The notes: generated from the sequence alone by a model not told the origin. Counted from the first letter of the whole stretch, positions 1 to 13,038 are shown. The stretch is DNA of 44,774 nt, filler included, from Catajapyx aquilonaris (GCA_000934665.2; 2 parts of 2 records of this genome joined end to end with filler, not necessarily neighbours in it), one strand, 5' to 3'. Program-made: numbers and translations.

Positions 1-191
1 CCGTTATCCCTGCTACAATCTTTCAGCTCAAACCTCCTCCTTATGTATCAATAAGGCGAAAAACTCCTAACCCCCCTCTGATGCGCCGCCATTTTTGTTT
101 ATCCTTGTTGACCGTTACTTAACCGCCACATCCTTGTTGACCGTTACTCCCGCCACCTTTGTCCATCCTTGTAGACCGTTACTCACCGCCA

Positions 192-400
192 TTTTAGACG
201 TTTTCTCTACCAAAAATAAGTCTTATGGAACGGCTGTGTCCCTTTGTCTGTCCGTCCGTCTCTTCGTGGACAGGTATCAGGTCCTAAACCGCATGAGATA
301 ATGATAAACTGTTTCGGATTCGGATTCAGTGGACCCTAAATATGTGTCATGGATAACTTCATGTTTTCCAAGTTCACTAAATCAGCCAAGGTCAACTCCA
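192..400 (-). mobile_element. Dispersed repeat, DINE-1/HINE (Helentron-derived)-like
   Basis: Contains a (GTCC/GTCT)n microsatellite; its reverse complement aligns with 30695-30916. Family assignment is inference. Confidence 0.5.
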
Positions 401-409
401 CGCAGTATA

Positions 410-739
410 CAGGGTGTTTCAACTTTTTTGTCTGAACATTTGTCGGAAAATTGCACGTAGCTGCTACTTTGTTAGCAGTGACTTGCAACCAGTGATTTGT
501 CGGAGGAATGGGGAATGGGGAAAAAGAGGGTCACACATGCCATGGGATGTGTGACCCTCTTTTTTCTAGGTTTGACCCTCAATTTTCAAGCGGGGAGCAC
601 GTATGCCACTTCAACCTACTATTCGCAGGGAATATTTTCGGTCCTCTGAAAAATCACCGTTTGCAAGTCACTGCTTACTAAGTAACACCTACGTGCAATT
701 TTCCGATAACTGTTCGGACAAGAAAGTTGAAACACCCTG
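410..739. mobile_element. Tc1/mariner-type MITE
   Basis: TIR CAGGGTGTTTCAACTTT, ~95-bp imperfect inverted arms, TA duplicated at 408-409 and 740-741; internal hairpin at 521-565. A related right end lies at 19890-19933. Confidence 0.85.
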
Positions 740-2177
740 TATATTAATTTCCTTGGGTTTCTTGTCAACGAGAAATGAAACTGACAACATTCTATGTCAT
801 TGTTGTCTAGTTAGAATCGCATCGTATTGCGTGGTATCGTATCGGAGTCAACAAAGTTGACAGTCTCGTTTCCTACTCCCCAATGGGAAAAGGTCTACTC
901 GAATCACGCTCTTGCGATTTGCCAATCTTGTGTTCATCCTTGTTGGCCGTTGCTCATCACCTTCTTTGTACTACTGTTGACCGTTATTCACTGCCATCTT
1001 TGGGCATCCCTTTGACAGTTATTCCCACCATCTTTGTCCATCTTAGTTTACCGTTAACTCATCATCTTTCTTCGTCTGGTTGACCGTTACTCACCACCAT
1101 CTTTAAGAATTCTTGTTGACCGTTGCTCACCGCCATTTTGATGACTTCCAACACCTTGATTAGACATGGGAAGAGACCAACGTCACATTCTCAGCCACTA
1201 GCATCTCTTGATTAATATGAAGGCTCTAACTTCCCGCCATTTAATTTGTCCGTTAATTCGCCGCCATTTTATTTTTTCCTGTCCGTTAACCCCCCACCTT
1301 GTTTTCATTTTTGAAATATCCCAGGACCCTTCCCCTGCCCAACAAGCAAGGTAGCTCGCATTCGCGGCAACCACATCTGGTGCGGTGAAACCATTTTGGA
1401 CGCGTGCAACCGAAAGCATGCTGTGATGTCGACCATACCCTACCCCCACTAGCCCCGTACTAGTTGTGAAGAAGTGCGAATTCTAGACTCATCCATGGGA
1501 AAATAGACACGTGCGGTTGTGGCCCCAATTCTCTCTCTGCGGATGGGGGACACTGCAGCTGATGATCCCACTAATCCCGTTAGTCCCGGATATGTCACCG
1601 GGAATGTGTTTGCTTCGAGAGATAGGGTGGACAGACAGAGAGAAATGTCACGACCAGAAGCTTCATTGTTGCGCTGATTGTTGAGGGTGCTTACAGTCTG
1701 TTTGAGAGGGGTTTTTTTATTTAAAAAAATCGTTATGTCTAGTTTTGATCTCGCATTGTCACATTCATAGACAGAAATGAGTACTAGGCAAAGCAACTAG
1801 CATTAAATTTTGCATGCAGTTTCCAGCACCAGTTTGTGTCCTGATTTGTACCCGGATTAGCTGGGATAAAGTTGTTTTCGCAGACACTGGCCCGACTCGG
1901 GGTAATGCTTGTTTTCACTCTCAGACGAAGTAAATCTCTGCTTTAGAAGCTCAATGTCGGGCCTTTGTTGTTAGTCTTGCTGCAGCACAAGCAATATATA
2001 TTTCTTAAACAACCATCCAGCATGTTTGTGTCCTTCAGCCTCACTACCATTATACTCTCAGTTCCTGGAATAGCTTATTTTGTTCAGCATATCTCTTGAA
2101 GCAGGCATATTTTTCACCTGCTGGAGGCACGTTACCAGTATACTGTACGTTTTAGAGCACTATTTTAAAAAGTTATG

Positions 2178-2392
2178 AGTAGGTCATTATCAAAACCAGG
2201 CTATCTCATGTTTGTCGCAATTCCTGGTTACTCGAGGCTAACTTCACATTTCCAATATATAGAAGGTTTTTGAAATTGGTCCACCTCCCATTGGTCAAGG
2301 TCAACTGGTCCGTGAAAAGACTCACTAAATCTGAACTATTTTCTAAATGATTCGTACTGACACAAATAACCTGGTTTTGATAATGACCTACT
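2178..2392. mobile_element. MITE with 23-bp perfect TIR
   Basis: AGTAGGTCATTATCAAAACCAGG and its reverse complement; the same end recurs at ~7319-7345. Confidence 0.7.
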
Positions 2393-2716
2393 AGCATTTT
2401 GTTGAATGCACCGAACTATTCTGAATATGAGTTTTAACATAGGTCAACATAGGTTTAAACTTGCTAAGCTCCCCCCCCCCCCNCCCCCCCACCGCCCTCC
2501 GTTGTGATCCGCCCCCATTGCGCGCCATCGGCGCTTGGCAATCCCGCCCGTTGCGGGCCTGAAAGAGCGATAGTGGGGAAAGAGCGGCAGGAGGAAGGGA
2601 AATGTGACATGTCGACGAGAGCTTTCCAACGAGCCATCTCCCGACCCTCTACCGACGCGACGTCGGGAAGAGCTGTATCTTTTCTATCCTATAAACTCGG
2701 ATAGGGGCTTTATGTA

Positions 2717-2991
2717 CAGGGTGTTAATCCTAAGCGTGTCACCAGAAAATGTGGTGGTAGAGGGCGCAGGTGTGAGCATTTTTGCATAAGGAACTAGGGG
2801 TCGGAAACGCACCCTCACCGAGTCACTCCACCGCGTGCCGCACGCCTCTTGCACACTGCCTGCCGCAAACTTGAAAGGGGCGTAACTCGGTGAGGGTGCG
2901 TTTCCGACCCCTAGTTCCTTATGCAAAAATGCTCACACCTGCGCCCTCTACCACCACCTTTTCTGGTGACACGCTTAGGATTAACAACCTG
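2717..2991. mobile_element. Young Tc1/mariner-type foldback MITE
   Basis: ~107-bp near-perfect inverted arms starting CAGGGTGTT; TA TSD at 2715-2716 and 2992-2993. Confidence 0.9.
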
Positions 2992-4113
2992 TATAACACT
3001 GAATCAAAATAGGTCTAAATGTTATCATGTGCCAACATAGGTCTAAAAGTTAACATGGATTAACATAAGTCTGAAGATGAACATAATTTTGAATGTCAAC
3101 ATAGGTCGACAGATCCATTTGGTTGAAGTAACCAAATAAGTTTAGTTGACACACCTGATGTTCCAAAAACCAGTCATCACCCTCGCCCCCCCGCATTTTC
3201 CGACAGGTAATGTAAATATTCGACAACGACGCATATTTGCCAGGGTCCCGCTCCATTAGTCGATCCCCATCCCCCGTACTAATTCGAAGCACCTGCGTAA
3301 TTAGACCTAGCCTCCCCCCCCCCTCTACCACGGATGAGCGGTCCTGAAAAGAGGAACGCGTTATAAGAAGACCCCTAACCATCTCCGGGATCCGGTAATT
3401 ACGGTATGGAGGCCCCTCCAACTGCAGCTCATTTGGCCCCGGGTCCCCCCCCCCCCCCAATCCCCGAAAAAATAAGTGACGAGTCGTATACGGAGTCAGA
3501 TATAACGTCGTTTGTGGCAGCAGTCAGTTTGAGTGCCCTCAAATGACCCGACTTTACTCTTTTAGAGGTCGACGGAAGCTTCTGGCTCCACAAAATTGGC
3601 CAGGCTCGCAATCCTTTGCTTACCTAAACTGGCACTTTGGTCGAAGCGCCGGAAAATCCCGTTTCGGGTTTACATGACTGTAGGAATGCCGAGGGGGTAA
3701 AGCTAATATTGCTACCGCTAATAATGAGCCAATGAAGACTAGTGTTGGGCCTCTACATAGCTAGGCTGGCTGTGGGATGGGGAGAAAGTCGTCATAGGGT
3801 GGACAATTGTTGTAAGGTGACACCTGGAGAATTTATGGAGGCGGGCGAATAGTGTTGCTTCGGTCTGGTGGGTAGATGGTGCTAATGGTTAAGGAGTGTG
3901 ACGGCATCTGGCGGGTAATCAAATTTTAATACGAGCTCTGTCACTCTAATGCCCAATAATGCTAATAATTTATTTTGTAAATATGTTATTGACTGAAGGC
4001 AAGCAGGCTGGCTGCTAATTTTAGTAATAAAGATGATCAAATACAGTAGATGGAGCTAACAGCAGGTAATGACGCGAAATGATTTTAATAAACTCTACAA
4101 AGACTCCACTTAA

Positions 4114-4700
4114 CCCTGTAACAGCGACATGCCTGAAAGTGACGGCGACCATGTCTGTTAGGACCCCATCCATATTTTAATTTTTAAATTTTTTTTTATA
4201 ATGCTTTTCAATGTATTGACTATAGGCAATCATTCTTTGAACAATGCTTAAAATGATCGCTAATCTATATAAATAAAGCCGTTTGTGAGTCTGTCTGTCC
4301 GTCTCTCTGTCTGTCTGTCCGCCTGCCAACCGTCATTTGCCTGCCATCTGTGCTCCACCCCCAGGCCGGGAGAGGATGGAGGTGTTGGTGGTTGACTACA
4401 GATGGCAAGCAAATGACGGTTGCCGTTATACAGGCGGGAGAGGTTGAAGGTGTTGGAGTAGCAGGACCACGATGGCATTGGTGGGCGGACACACAGAAAG
4501 ACAGACAGTTGACGGGGGTACTGGCAGGTGTTATCCCTTCATTCATTTCTTCCCGGGCAACGCCGGGTGCCGCAGCTAGTTCAAAATAAACATGCACTTC
4601 CTGTTATATACTTTTAAAAATGACATTTCATTGTCATTATCATTTTAATGCATTTTAATTCCTTTGGGGTCCTAAGAGACCCCACGTCACGGTTCCAGCG
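4114..4700. mobile_element. piggyBac-type non-autonomous element
   Basis: TTAA at 4110-4113 and 4701-4704; imperfect TIR CCCTGTAACAGCGAC / GTCACGGTTCCAGCG; subterminal IR TTAGGACCCCA / TGGGGTCCTAA. Confidence 0.6.
4264..4579 (+). mobile_element. Non-autonomous Helitron nested in the piggyBac-like element
   Basis: A|TCTATATAAATAAA 5' end, (CTGT)n tract, 3' hairpin CCCGGGCAACGCCGGG followed by CTAG|T; no TSD. Confidence 0.85.
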
Positions 4701-4755
4701 TTAAAAGGCTGCAATTTTCTAATTTTAATGTTCATGTTCAATCGACCTAAAGTTG

Positions 4756-4871
4756 GGTTCACGCTGGCGTTGTTGTCTGTCTTTTTTGGGACGATGCAAT
4801 TAATATCTACCAATTAGTGGTTCGCTTTGGTTGGTGGCTTACAAAGACAGACAACGACGTCCATGTGAACC
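4756..4871. mobile_element. Short MITE-like inverted repeat
   Basis: GGTTCAC..GTTGTTGTCTGTCTTT versus AAAGACAGACAACGAC..GTGAACC. Confidence 0.5.
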
Positions 4872-5213
4872 AAGCAAACAAGCAACAATAAAACATTTAA
4901 AAACTAACCAACTAATAACTAAATACAAAAAGGGTAAAACGTAAAAATAAAATAAAATAAAATTGTGTGTTTGATTGTTTAATCACCCCGTGATAGGGCG
5001 GAGCCCTTTTAGGGGGGAAGAGGGTGGTTCCCGAGGGAGGGCACTGTAATTATAGTCATTTCTGACTTTCTGAAATACGCCAGACCTTTTCTCCTGGCCT
5101 TGGGCAGAATAGGGAGTGCAATTCTGCCCCGGCATGTCGGGTGAAAAGCGGGAAAAAATGAAATAGGCAAAATAGGGTCATGCTGTAGAATATGGTAAAT
5201 AAATAAATAAACA

Positions 5214-5318
5214 CAGTAAAACCTCCATATAATGCTCCCGTATACTGTATAGTGCTTTCCCGCTTATAACTCTCCTTTTGGGCGGTCCCTTGAAGAGCGT
5301 CATATCGAGGTTTTACTG
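5214..5318. mobile_element. Short mariner/pogo-type MITE
   Basis: TIR CAGTAAAACCTC / GAGGTTTTACTG, followed by TA. Confidence 0.55.
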
Positions 5319-5909
5319 TAATACAATATGATTCATATACACAATAAATACAGTAATTAATAAAAAATAATGCAATTCAAGAAGTGCGGTACAGAAAATG
5401 GCAAAATATAATAAACTATAGGTACCGTAATTAAAAGCAATCATGCAATGACAAAATATAATTGACGAAATTAATAAATGAATAATAAAATTGGTAGGTA
5501 AGCACATAACAGTGCTGACTGCTGACTCCAGACACTGCAAGACGATCTATTAGTGTCAAACTTTCAAAGCAACTCGTCTTAAGTTTTCAGCATCGTTCGA
5601 TGAACACCCGAGGTGTTGAAGCGATTGACTCAAATAAGCAAGGAGTGTCGTACCCTGAATTGATCGATCATCAGCCACTTTATCTCCTTACTTCTCGTCT
5701 GTTCGCATCAAATATATTTGCTGGCAAATACGACATGGTTTGGGGAATATGTCGTTTCAGTTCAAAATAATTTAATGCAGCCTGCCCCCGACCGTGTCTC
5801 CACCTTATCGTGATGGTGGGGTTTGCGTTTCTCCCGTGACCCCAAGAGCTATGCCGGTGGTAGCTTCGTCTACTGGTAGGGCCACCCAAGCCGGACAGGT
5901 CTTTGGGAT

Positions 5910-6640
5910 AGGAAATAGACTAAGAGAGATACCAGTCTTTCCTCTTCTTTTTCCTCTTCGTTTCTCTCTCCATCTGTCCCACCTTTGCGTCTTCTTTAGC
6001 CAGATAGCCATAGTTGCTTTGGCTTCTTCCTAATAAACCAAACTAATGCATACTGTCCTAAAAATGTGACACATCTGGACACTAGTCAGGAGCAACAAAT
6101 GTCCACACGTCTACCTCCACATATGTTTCTGAGCCCATTCATTAGTGTGTCAGTTGGTCCTCCCACCCACCCATCTCGTGTTTTGCAAGGCGGATTACGC
6201 CTTGCAGGTCCGGGTGAATAGCATATCACGGGGAGAATCCCTGAATGCGGTGTGGCCCAAGCAAAACCCCAAACTCCCCCAACCCCGGCGGGTACCCTGG
6301 GGTTTGGTGAAAGCGCAGTCTCCTCTAAGTACAACCACACTCAAATCCAGACTAGGGCAGACGTGACTAATGGCTGCTGTACTCCTAAACAAAACTGACA
6401 ATCAACCTAATGGCAACCCCCCCCATACGGTAGGATGGACTAACGTGTCCTATTGATTTCGGAAGAGACGAGTTTTTTGCCCAAATCAAGTTACCGGTTT
6501 TAATTTTCAGAGCTTGGATTCTAATATCCTCAAGGATCTGGGAACCCCAAAATTGCACCTGGTGGGTACCACTCGAAAATTGGAAGCAGTCAAAAAATAT
6601 CCATAGGCGAGCCCATCTGCCACGGGTCCTGATCATTATT
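5910..6640 (-). mobile_element. Decayed non-LTR retrotransposon (LINE) ORF2 3' fragment
   Basis: Minus-strand translation FFD...QFWG...WAKNSSLPKSIGHV...MG resembles the post-RT region (LFD...EIWG...FCK..LGLPKST.N....ELG). Segment 5915-6030 is homologous (reverse complement) to 38090-38200. Confidence 0.45.
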
Positions 6641-8883
6641 AATGATTATCGAGTTCTGTTCAGTGCAGCGTGGTTAACAAAGGTTTTCGCCGCAGTGTCT
6701 CATTAAGAATTTCCACCAGAGCTGTTGCAGTGAAAATGGGACCCGCAACATGAAATGTCATGTCGCAAAATAATTTTCGGAAACTATATAGTCTGCATTT
6801 TTGAAGAACATATCCTGCATATACATGACAGAGACAGCAACTTAACGACGCTACGAATCCCCACAACTCACATTTCAGTTTCCCATAAGCTCCGGTGAGG
6901 GCTATGCATTATCAGTAATGGCATGTCCAACGGTTATTACGCATTTCTGGAGTTATCAGGACATAAAAAATGGTGAAAGGGTACTGGGGGGGGATGGGGT
7001 GCACCCCCCCGATTAAAGAATTAGGAAGCGGAGAAGGGCCGGAAAAGTCCTGACCATGACAGATGAGAAGGAGTAATTCATGACCTCTATCTCTCTCACG
7101 TCGTCTGCAGCCGCAAGTTTTAACGAGTCGGAAGCCAACAGGTTATTGCACTACACCGGACGGTGTAGAGAATTGGCTTCACATTCTGCAGATACGTAAG
7201 GGTTTCCGCGGTTTGTCAACTCACGAATAACTCGCTCAGGGACTGCCACTCTTGCTTCCAAAATCCAGAAGTGTTTACATGCAAAGTAAGCTTTATGAAA
7301 GTGCGTCGGAATTACAATGAGTAGTCATTATCAAAACCAGGTTATCTGCGTTACGAATTTGTCAGAAAACAGGAAGTTCCCGTCTATTTACACAGGACAT
7401 GACCATCTCATCTTACAGTAAATATTTATCTATTTTTTCCCCTATATTAAAGTGCATGTGTTACAGAACGGAGCTTACACTTTCACATACAAAAGTGACA
7501 TGACCTTGCCCAATTTTAAGTCTGGAAACAGCTATTAGGTTGCCTGTATTGAAGCCAGGTTTCCCCCAGAGTTAATGGAGCACAAGATGTGTGCATAACT
7601 GACTCAAACCGCTAGAGGTTCGATCAAAGGAAGTGCGGCAAGTCACCCAAAACTCCCCTTCCCTAGTCCCCCCCGCAAAAAAACCCTTAGCAATACGTCT
7701 GTCTGTGGATGCACAGCTCATTTTGGTGGGGACTCTTTCCACTCGAGATGAGACAGCAATAAAGTTCCTCCATGCTTCAGTTCACATGCCCACGCTCCTG
7801 TAAACATTCGCTCCGTCGGTACACCCCTAAGCAGCCAGCAAACGGTTTTTTTTCCCCTTCCAAAAAGCACAGGTGCAACTAAAGCCTCTTCCTCCATCTT
7901 GTATACTTGTATATAAAAGACAAGCCCACATATAAACCTTCAGTCCACTGCAATTTGGACATGTCCTCTCTATATACGTCGTATATACAACATCCTACCC
8001 ATTCAGTTTGAAACTCCACGAGACGAAACATTCAATAAACGGCTCAATGAGCCCATCGGACCCGTCCAGCTCCTGTTAAGATGGCAGAGTTTGCCCAGAT
8101 GCGAGAAAAAGAATGGTGGAATTTTACGGGAAAAGGGATGCCAGACAAAGCCCCTCAGTTTTTTTACCAGGACAGGAAAATGGTGCGCCAAGTGATTCCT
8201 CCTCTTCGCATTTTCCACGCACCACTTCCCACCCTAGGGAAATTTCAAATGGGACGCTGTATAGGAAGACAGGCGTGTTTCGAGGGAGGATGACAGAATA
8301 GGAGGGAGGGGATGTCCTGAAAGAGGAAAAAAAAATAAAATGGGACGCTTCCGTCCCACCCTAGGCCTGCTAACTCGCAATCATCGGGGCTTCTTTTGCT
8401 TGCCTTGTGTTCCTAACAAGGAGGCTCTTGGATCCTTCGTGCGCTCGTCTAATCTTATTTACTCCTGGATATGGGTTTGCATCGGAGCGACGGGGATGAC
8501 AGTGGGGTTCGCACCAGATCATAGTTATGGCCTGGGTAGGGAGATGAGGTTGCCATCGTTTGTTGGACTGCGATCAGTGCCTTCGAAATTGGGAGAGAAA
8601 CGGAGAGGGGAGAACGATATTGGGCAAGAAGGAACACGCTTGGGGATCGATCAGATCATCTCTGAACTGGATCAGACTGGTCTGGACTGGATCAGGCTGG
8701 TCTGGGCTGGATCAGGCTGGTCTGGGCTGGATCAGGCTGGTCTGGGCTGGATAAGGCTGGTCTGGGCTGGATAAGGCTGGTCTGGGCTGGATAAGGCTGG
8801 TCTGGGCTGGATCAGGCTGCTCTGGACTGGATCAAATTGGTCTGGACAGGAAAATATTGGTCTGAACAGGACCTCTTCACGTA

Positions 8884-9025
8884 CTATGGTGCTCAAATTG
8901 TTTTGGCCACTTTATCCTGGTCTTGAAGCAACTCTTCCCCCACACACATCTGCTCAACGTGGGGCATATGCGAAGGGTTGCTTCAAGACCAGGATAAAGT
9001 GGCCAAAACCATTTGAGCACCATAG
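8884..9025. mobile_element. Tc1/mariner-type MITE (TA TSD)
   Basis: ~54-bp inverted arms starting CTATGGTGCTCAAA; TA at 8882-8883 and 9026-9027; paralogous empty site at 9493-9518. Confidence 0.9.
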
Positions 9026-9176
9026 TACTTCTCGCCGTTGATAGTCGCTTCTAGTATTGTATCGATACCCCTCCGATTTCTGTGGGTCTGGATGAGATTG
9101 GTCTGAACCGGATCAGGCATGTCTGGACTGAATCAGATTGGTCTGGATTGGATCAGATTGTAGAGGATCTAGAAGT

Positions 9177-9400
9177 CTAGGAAGAGAGTCGCCAACTTGT
9201 GACGTCACGTTGTTTCTGATTGGCTGGAGTAGTGCAGGTCTTCTGGCTCCAGCCAATCTGAATGGACCGTGATGTCAGAGCCGGCCACTATTTCCATAGA
9301 AACACAAGATGGCGGCCTCCATGGTACACGTAAACAGTTCATAATTACTCCAGCCAATCAGTGACGACGTGAGGTCACAAGTTGGCGAATCTCTCACTAG
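9177..9400. mobile_element. MITE-like inverted repeat element
   Basis: GAGAGTCGCCAACTTGTGACGTCACGT..CTGATTGGCTGGAGTA is mirrored at 9346-9400. Confidence 0.65.
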
Positions 9401-11792
9401 AGGCTCTCCAGATAAGACTGATAGGAACAGGATCAGATTGGTCTGGACGGGCTCAGACTGGTCTGGACAGGATAAGATTGGTTTTAAAATGACCTCTTCA
9501 CGTACTTCTCGCCGTTGAGTGTCGCTTCTAGCATTGTATCGATACCACACGATTTCTGTGAGTCTGGACAGGTTCAGATCGGTCTTAACCGGATCAGACA
9601 GGTCTGGACTCGATAAGACAGGCCTGGACATGATCACACTGGTTTGGACATGATCACACTGGTTTGGACATGATCACACTGGTTTGGACATGATCAGATT
9701 GGTATGAACAGGACCAGATCGGTCTGAAGAGGACCATATCGGTCAGAACATGCTCAGGAGACTCTGGACAGGATCAGGCCGGTCTGGACTAGCTAAGACT
9801 GGTCTGAACAGGATCACATTGCTTTGAACCGGATCCGATCGGTCTGAACTGGATCAGTCGACTTGCTTCCTTCCGATAACAACAATGAAGCCTCCAGCAC
9901 TTCTCTAATTTCCACTGCATTAGCTATAATAGCTAACGATCAAAGTAGTGATTAGCACCGGGTACTGCCAATTTGTATACAGATCCTTTATAAAAACTGT
10001 CTCTTTTAAACCAGCCGTTAAAACACAAGTTATTGAGCCGTAAAAAAGTGTGTCCCAGATTGATGACAGAATTTTTGAGCATGGTATGCAAATATTTTAT
10101 CAGCTGCTTTGCATGAATATTTTATAACGACATTTTTGACATTACTAGTACAGATGTTTGTTTAGTGCTAAAAATATAACATGAGAGTATGTACTGGGTC
10201 TGTCCATATGCGAATGAAAGGCAAAGGGTTTTAAGCTAATTACACTAATTCAAATCCCCCTGCCCTTTGACAACCCGTATCTGAAATAGGTGTAAGTTTA
10301 TGAGAAAAGATAAACGGTGTGCTTTATGGCTAACTAGCTGCGATGTTGCATGCGTGACGTTAATTGAAATCTGAGATGATCCCAAAATTACGCGTATGAA
10401 TTATCTGTAGGACAGGTCGTACGTTACGTTTCAGAAGTTTTCAAATTACCAGAGTGCGCCGAATGTTTATTATGCCAAACAAAACGCAAGTTTCCCTCAG
10501 CACAAGTGAGGCTTGACTTAGGCTCAGAGGTAAATATTCTGTGAGCATAAGGGCCAAAGTTTTAGCTGCTCTTCAGAATGTTTTGGGAGGGAGCTCAGTT
10601 TGAGTGATTTGGCATGCAAATATCGGTTGCAAATTAGATTTTGCCTGTGGGAGTGATTTTCACTACTTCATTGGAGCGATAATTTGCACTTCAACCAAAA
10701 TGTTTGAGTGCGGATTGCTTTCAAATTCTGAGTTAAAAGGGGTCTTTTCCACGAATGAACTTGCCCCATTACTTTCGAAAATCGCTGCTAAATTCCGACG
10801 AAATTGTGAAAATTGAACCGATTTCAACATTTCAATTATGGCGCATTTTGAATATTTCAGCCGACTATACGAGGTCGACTAACACAATCCTACTCACTTA
10901 TATCGTATTTGTAGGTATAATTCGTATTATATGCTCAATATATTCCGAAATATTTCATCAAATGAAAGTTTCAACTCATTCATTCCGAAAATTGTTCGAA
11001 AATTTCCTTGTACTCATGACTGCATACGAAATTAATTTTTCGCCGAAATTCATCTCCTGGTTCGTAATTTTCACCTGAAACACTGGCCAATTTCTCCACA
11101 AAAAAAGAGCATCCTAATCTGGCCATCAGTCGTGTATGAGAGAGAATAGCTGAGCACTAAACTAGTCCAGATAATCCGTGTTGCCATGCTGTTGTTTGTC
11201 AAAAGGTGGGTTGGGTTGGGGGGGTTGGGTTGAAGGCGTGATTCAAAACCTGGCTAGGAGAATGCACACCCTTGTTTCTAAAGGACTTCCCGACCACACT
11301 TTCTCATATGTGAGCGATTAGCCCGCACACGCCCATTACACTCTTTCTTTACGGCCGTTGCGTCCTAACAGTCTGCCCTCACGCACCACTCATATCGGTA
11401 AACTGCCTTTTAAAAAGAGCCGGGGCTAATCTATTTGCTCGTCCTAATGTGCTAATACTGCACTACCCTCTATTTTAACATTGTGTCATATTGCGCGCCT
11501 TGCTAAAAAACCAGATGGCCCTTTTTATTGTGGAAAATGTCGGCCTAATGACATATTCAGCTCATAGATGGCGCATCCTCTCTGCACACTCTAAGCAATG
11601 CGACGGCTAATGGTACTATCAGCTCGGACAAACAAAAAAAGACGAAAAGACAGCCCATTATAATTATGATGATAAGTCACACCTGAGAAGTTCATTGCTC
11701 GTAATGTGAACAATTGTTATTTCAATTCGCTATGTTGACATAGCTGGTTAAACTGGACAAGTAGCAGAATTTTAGTGCGTGCTTGTGCATAT

Positions 11793-12080
11793 ATGGCTGC
11801 AGTTTTAGGTTGTGATATGTCTAATTAAATATTAATGGTGGTGCTCTTGTTTTCATTGGGAGTTTAAAACAATATCACATTTTTCTTCCGATGCATAATA
11901 ATTATGCCACACTGGTTTTAAACGACTTATATAATTTTGGTATTTATTTTTTGGGAAAATCTGTGGCATAACTTAATTATTATGCATCGGAAGAAAAATA
12001 CAATACATTGTTCTAAACTCTCAATGAAAACAAGAGCACCACCATTAATATTTAATTAGACAACCTAAAACTGCAGCCAT
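11793..12080. mobile_element. AT-rich foldback element
   Basis: ~118-bp imperfect inverted arms (ATGGCTGCAGTTTTAGGTTGT...). Confidence 0.75.
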
Positions 12081-12084
12081 TTTA

Positions 12085-12379
12085 CACTGTACTCCCGATT
12101 ATCCAGGCTAATGGCTACATGGGTGTCGCCGGATAATCGGAAAACACTGATAATCGTAAAATGGTCCTAGACACCGTAAAAATGAGCTCTTCAGACGTTT
12201 TAAATGACCTACTGTATCCATAATGCCGCTAAATAAGGTTTGATCTAAATGAGAAAAAAATTCCATATATTTTGGAAAAAGTATTTTCTTTGCTCTATAA
12301 AAATATGAAATTTTTTCGGACTTTTCTTTGTTTTGCCCATGCACGGATAATCCACACCCGGATAATCGGGAGTACAGTG
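12085..12379. mobile_element. Tc1/mariner (pogo)-type MITE
   Basis: 20-bp TIR CACTGTACTCCCGATTATCC, TA TSD on both sides; truncated second copy at 19785-19874. Confidence 0.85.
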
Positions 12380-12812
12380 TACAGTATTTTTAAAAAGACA
12401 ATTATGCAGCTGTTGAATTTCATTTACTGTTTTTTTGGAGTGTTGAAACTACCTGTTGCATTTTAGGCTCTTGATATAAATTGAAGGGCTGTAAGTTAAC
12501 AAGGCGTGTATTAGCCAAGTAGTTTCTGAGACCTTTGAAACATTTTGGTGTGCCTTGCAGCAGAATCAATTAACATGACACAATACGTCCATTGTTACTA
12601 ATTGCAAGCTCGTCAATTAATAACACGTTTCGGAACAGAATAGCTGCAATATTTTGTCAACAATTCAGAAATTTTGTTACATACTTTACGTCAGTCCTTC
12701 CCACCAAATTATTTGTTCACATATATTATTTTGATAAATGGTCAAGCATGGGCCAACCATTATTGAAAAGTAAATTTGATTGAGTTTGAGTCATAAACTT
12801 TACCTTTCATTT

Positions 12813-13038
12813 GAGGGGCTAAGTCAAAAAAACGGGTCGTAAAATGAGCAAAAACTGCTGATTACTTAACGTTCACTGGTACAATCTTTGAACTTTTTGC
12901 GTCCATATGTTGCCACGGCTCAGGTACATACGCAAATGTGCAATTAATACCCAATGACATTAAAATACATTATTTCTGGACGTATTTGTGTTACACCCCC
13001 CAAAAATGGACTTAGTCGCTTTTGATCTGAAACCCCTC
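12813..13038. mobile_element. Sola-like MITE
   Basis: GAGGGG...CCCCTC termini with imperfect TIR and 4-bp TSD ATTT (12809-12812 and 13039-13042). Confidence 0.55.

Larger units (their letters stand above)
101..1140 (+). repeat. Degenerate ~35-bp tandem repeat (ATCCTTGTTGACCGTTACTCACCGCCAT core) split by insertions
   Basis: About 3 units at 101-195 and about 6 units at 935-1140. Confidence 0.75.
8667..9855 (+). repeat. 20-bp minisatellite (CTGGATCAGGCTGGTCTGGG) with degenerate blocks and two inserted MITEs
   Basis: About 10 clean units at 8667-8870; degenerate units at 9085-9160, 9410-9480 and 9560-9855, including CATGATCACACTGGTTTGGA x3. Confidence 0.9.

Noticed and set aside
101..1140. ~35-bp repeats with variable intervening bases as a CRISPR-like array
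   Set aside because: Units are degenerate and contiguous, with only a few variable bases between them; this is a decayed tandem repeat.
8667..9855. Regular repeats resembling a CRISPR array, and the repetitive ORFs 8340-8774 and 8560-8754
   Set aside because: Head-to-tail 20-bp units without unique spacers, no cas genes and a eukaryotic context; the ORFs only translate the minisatellite.
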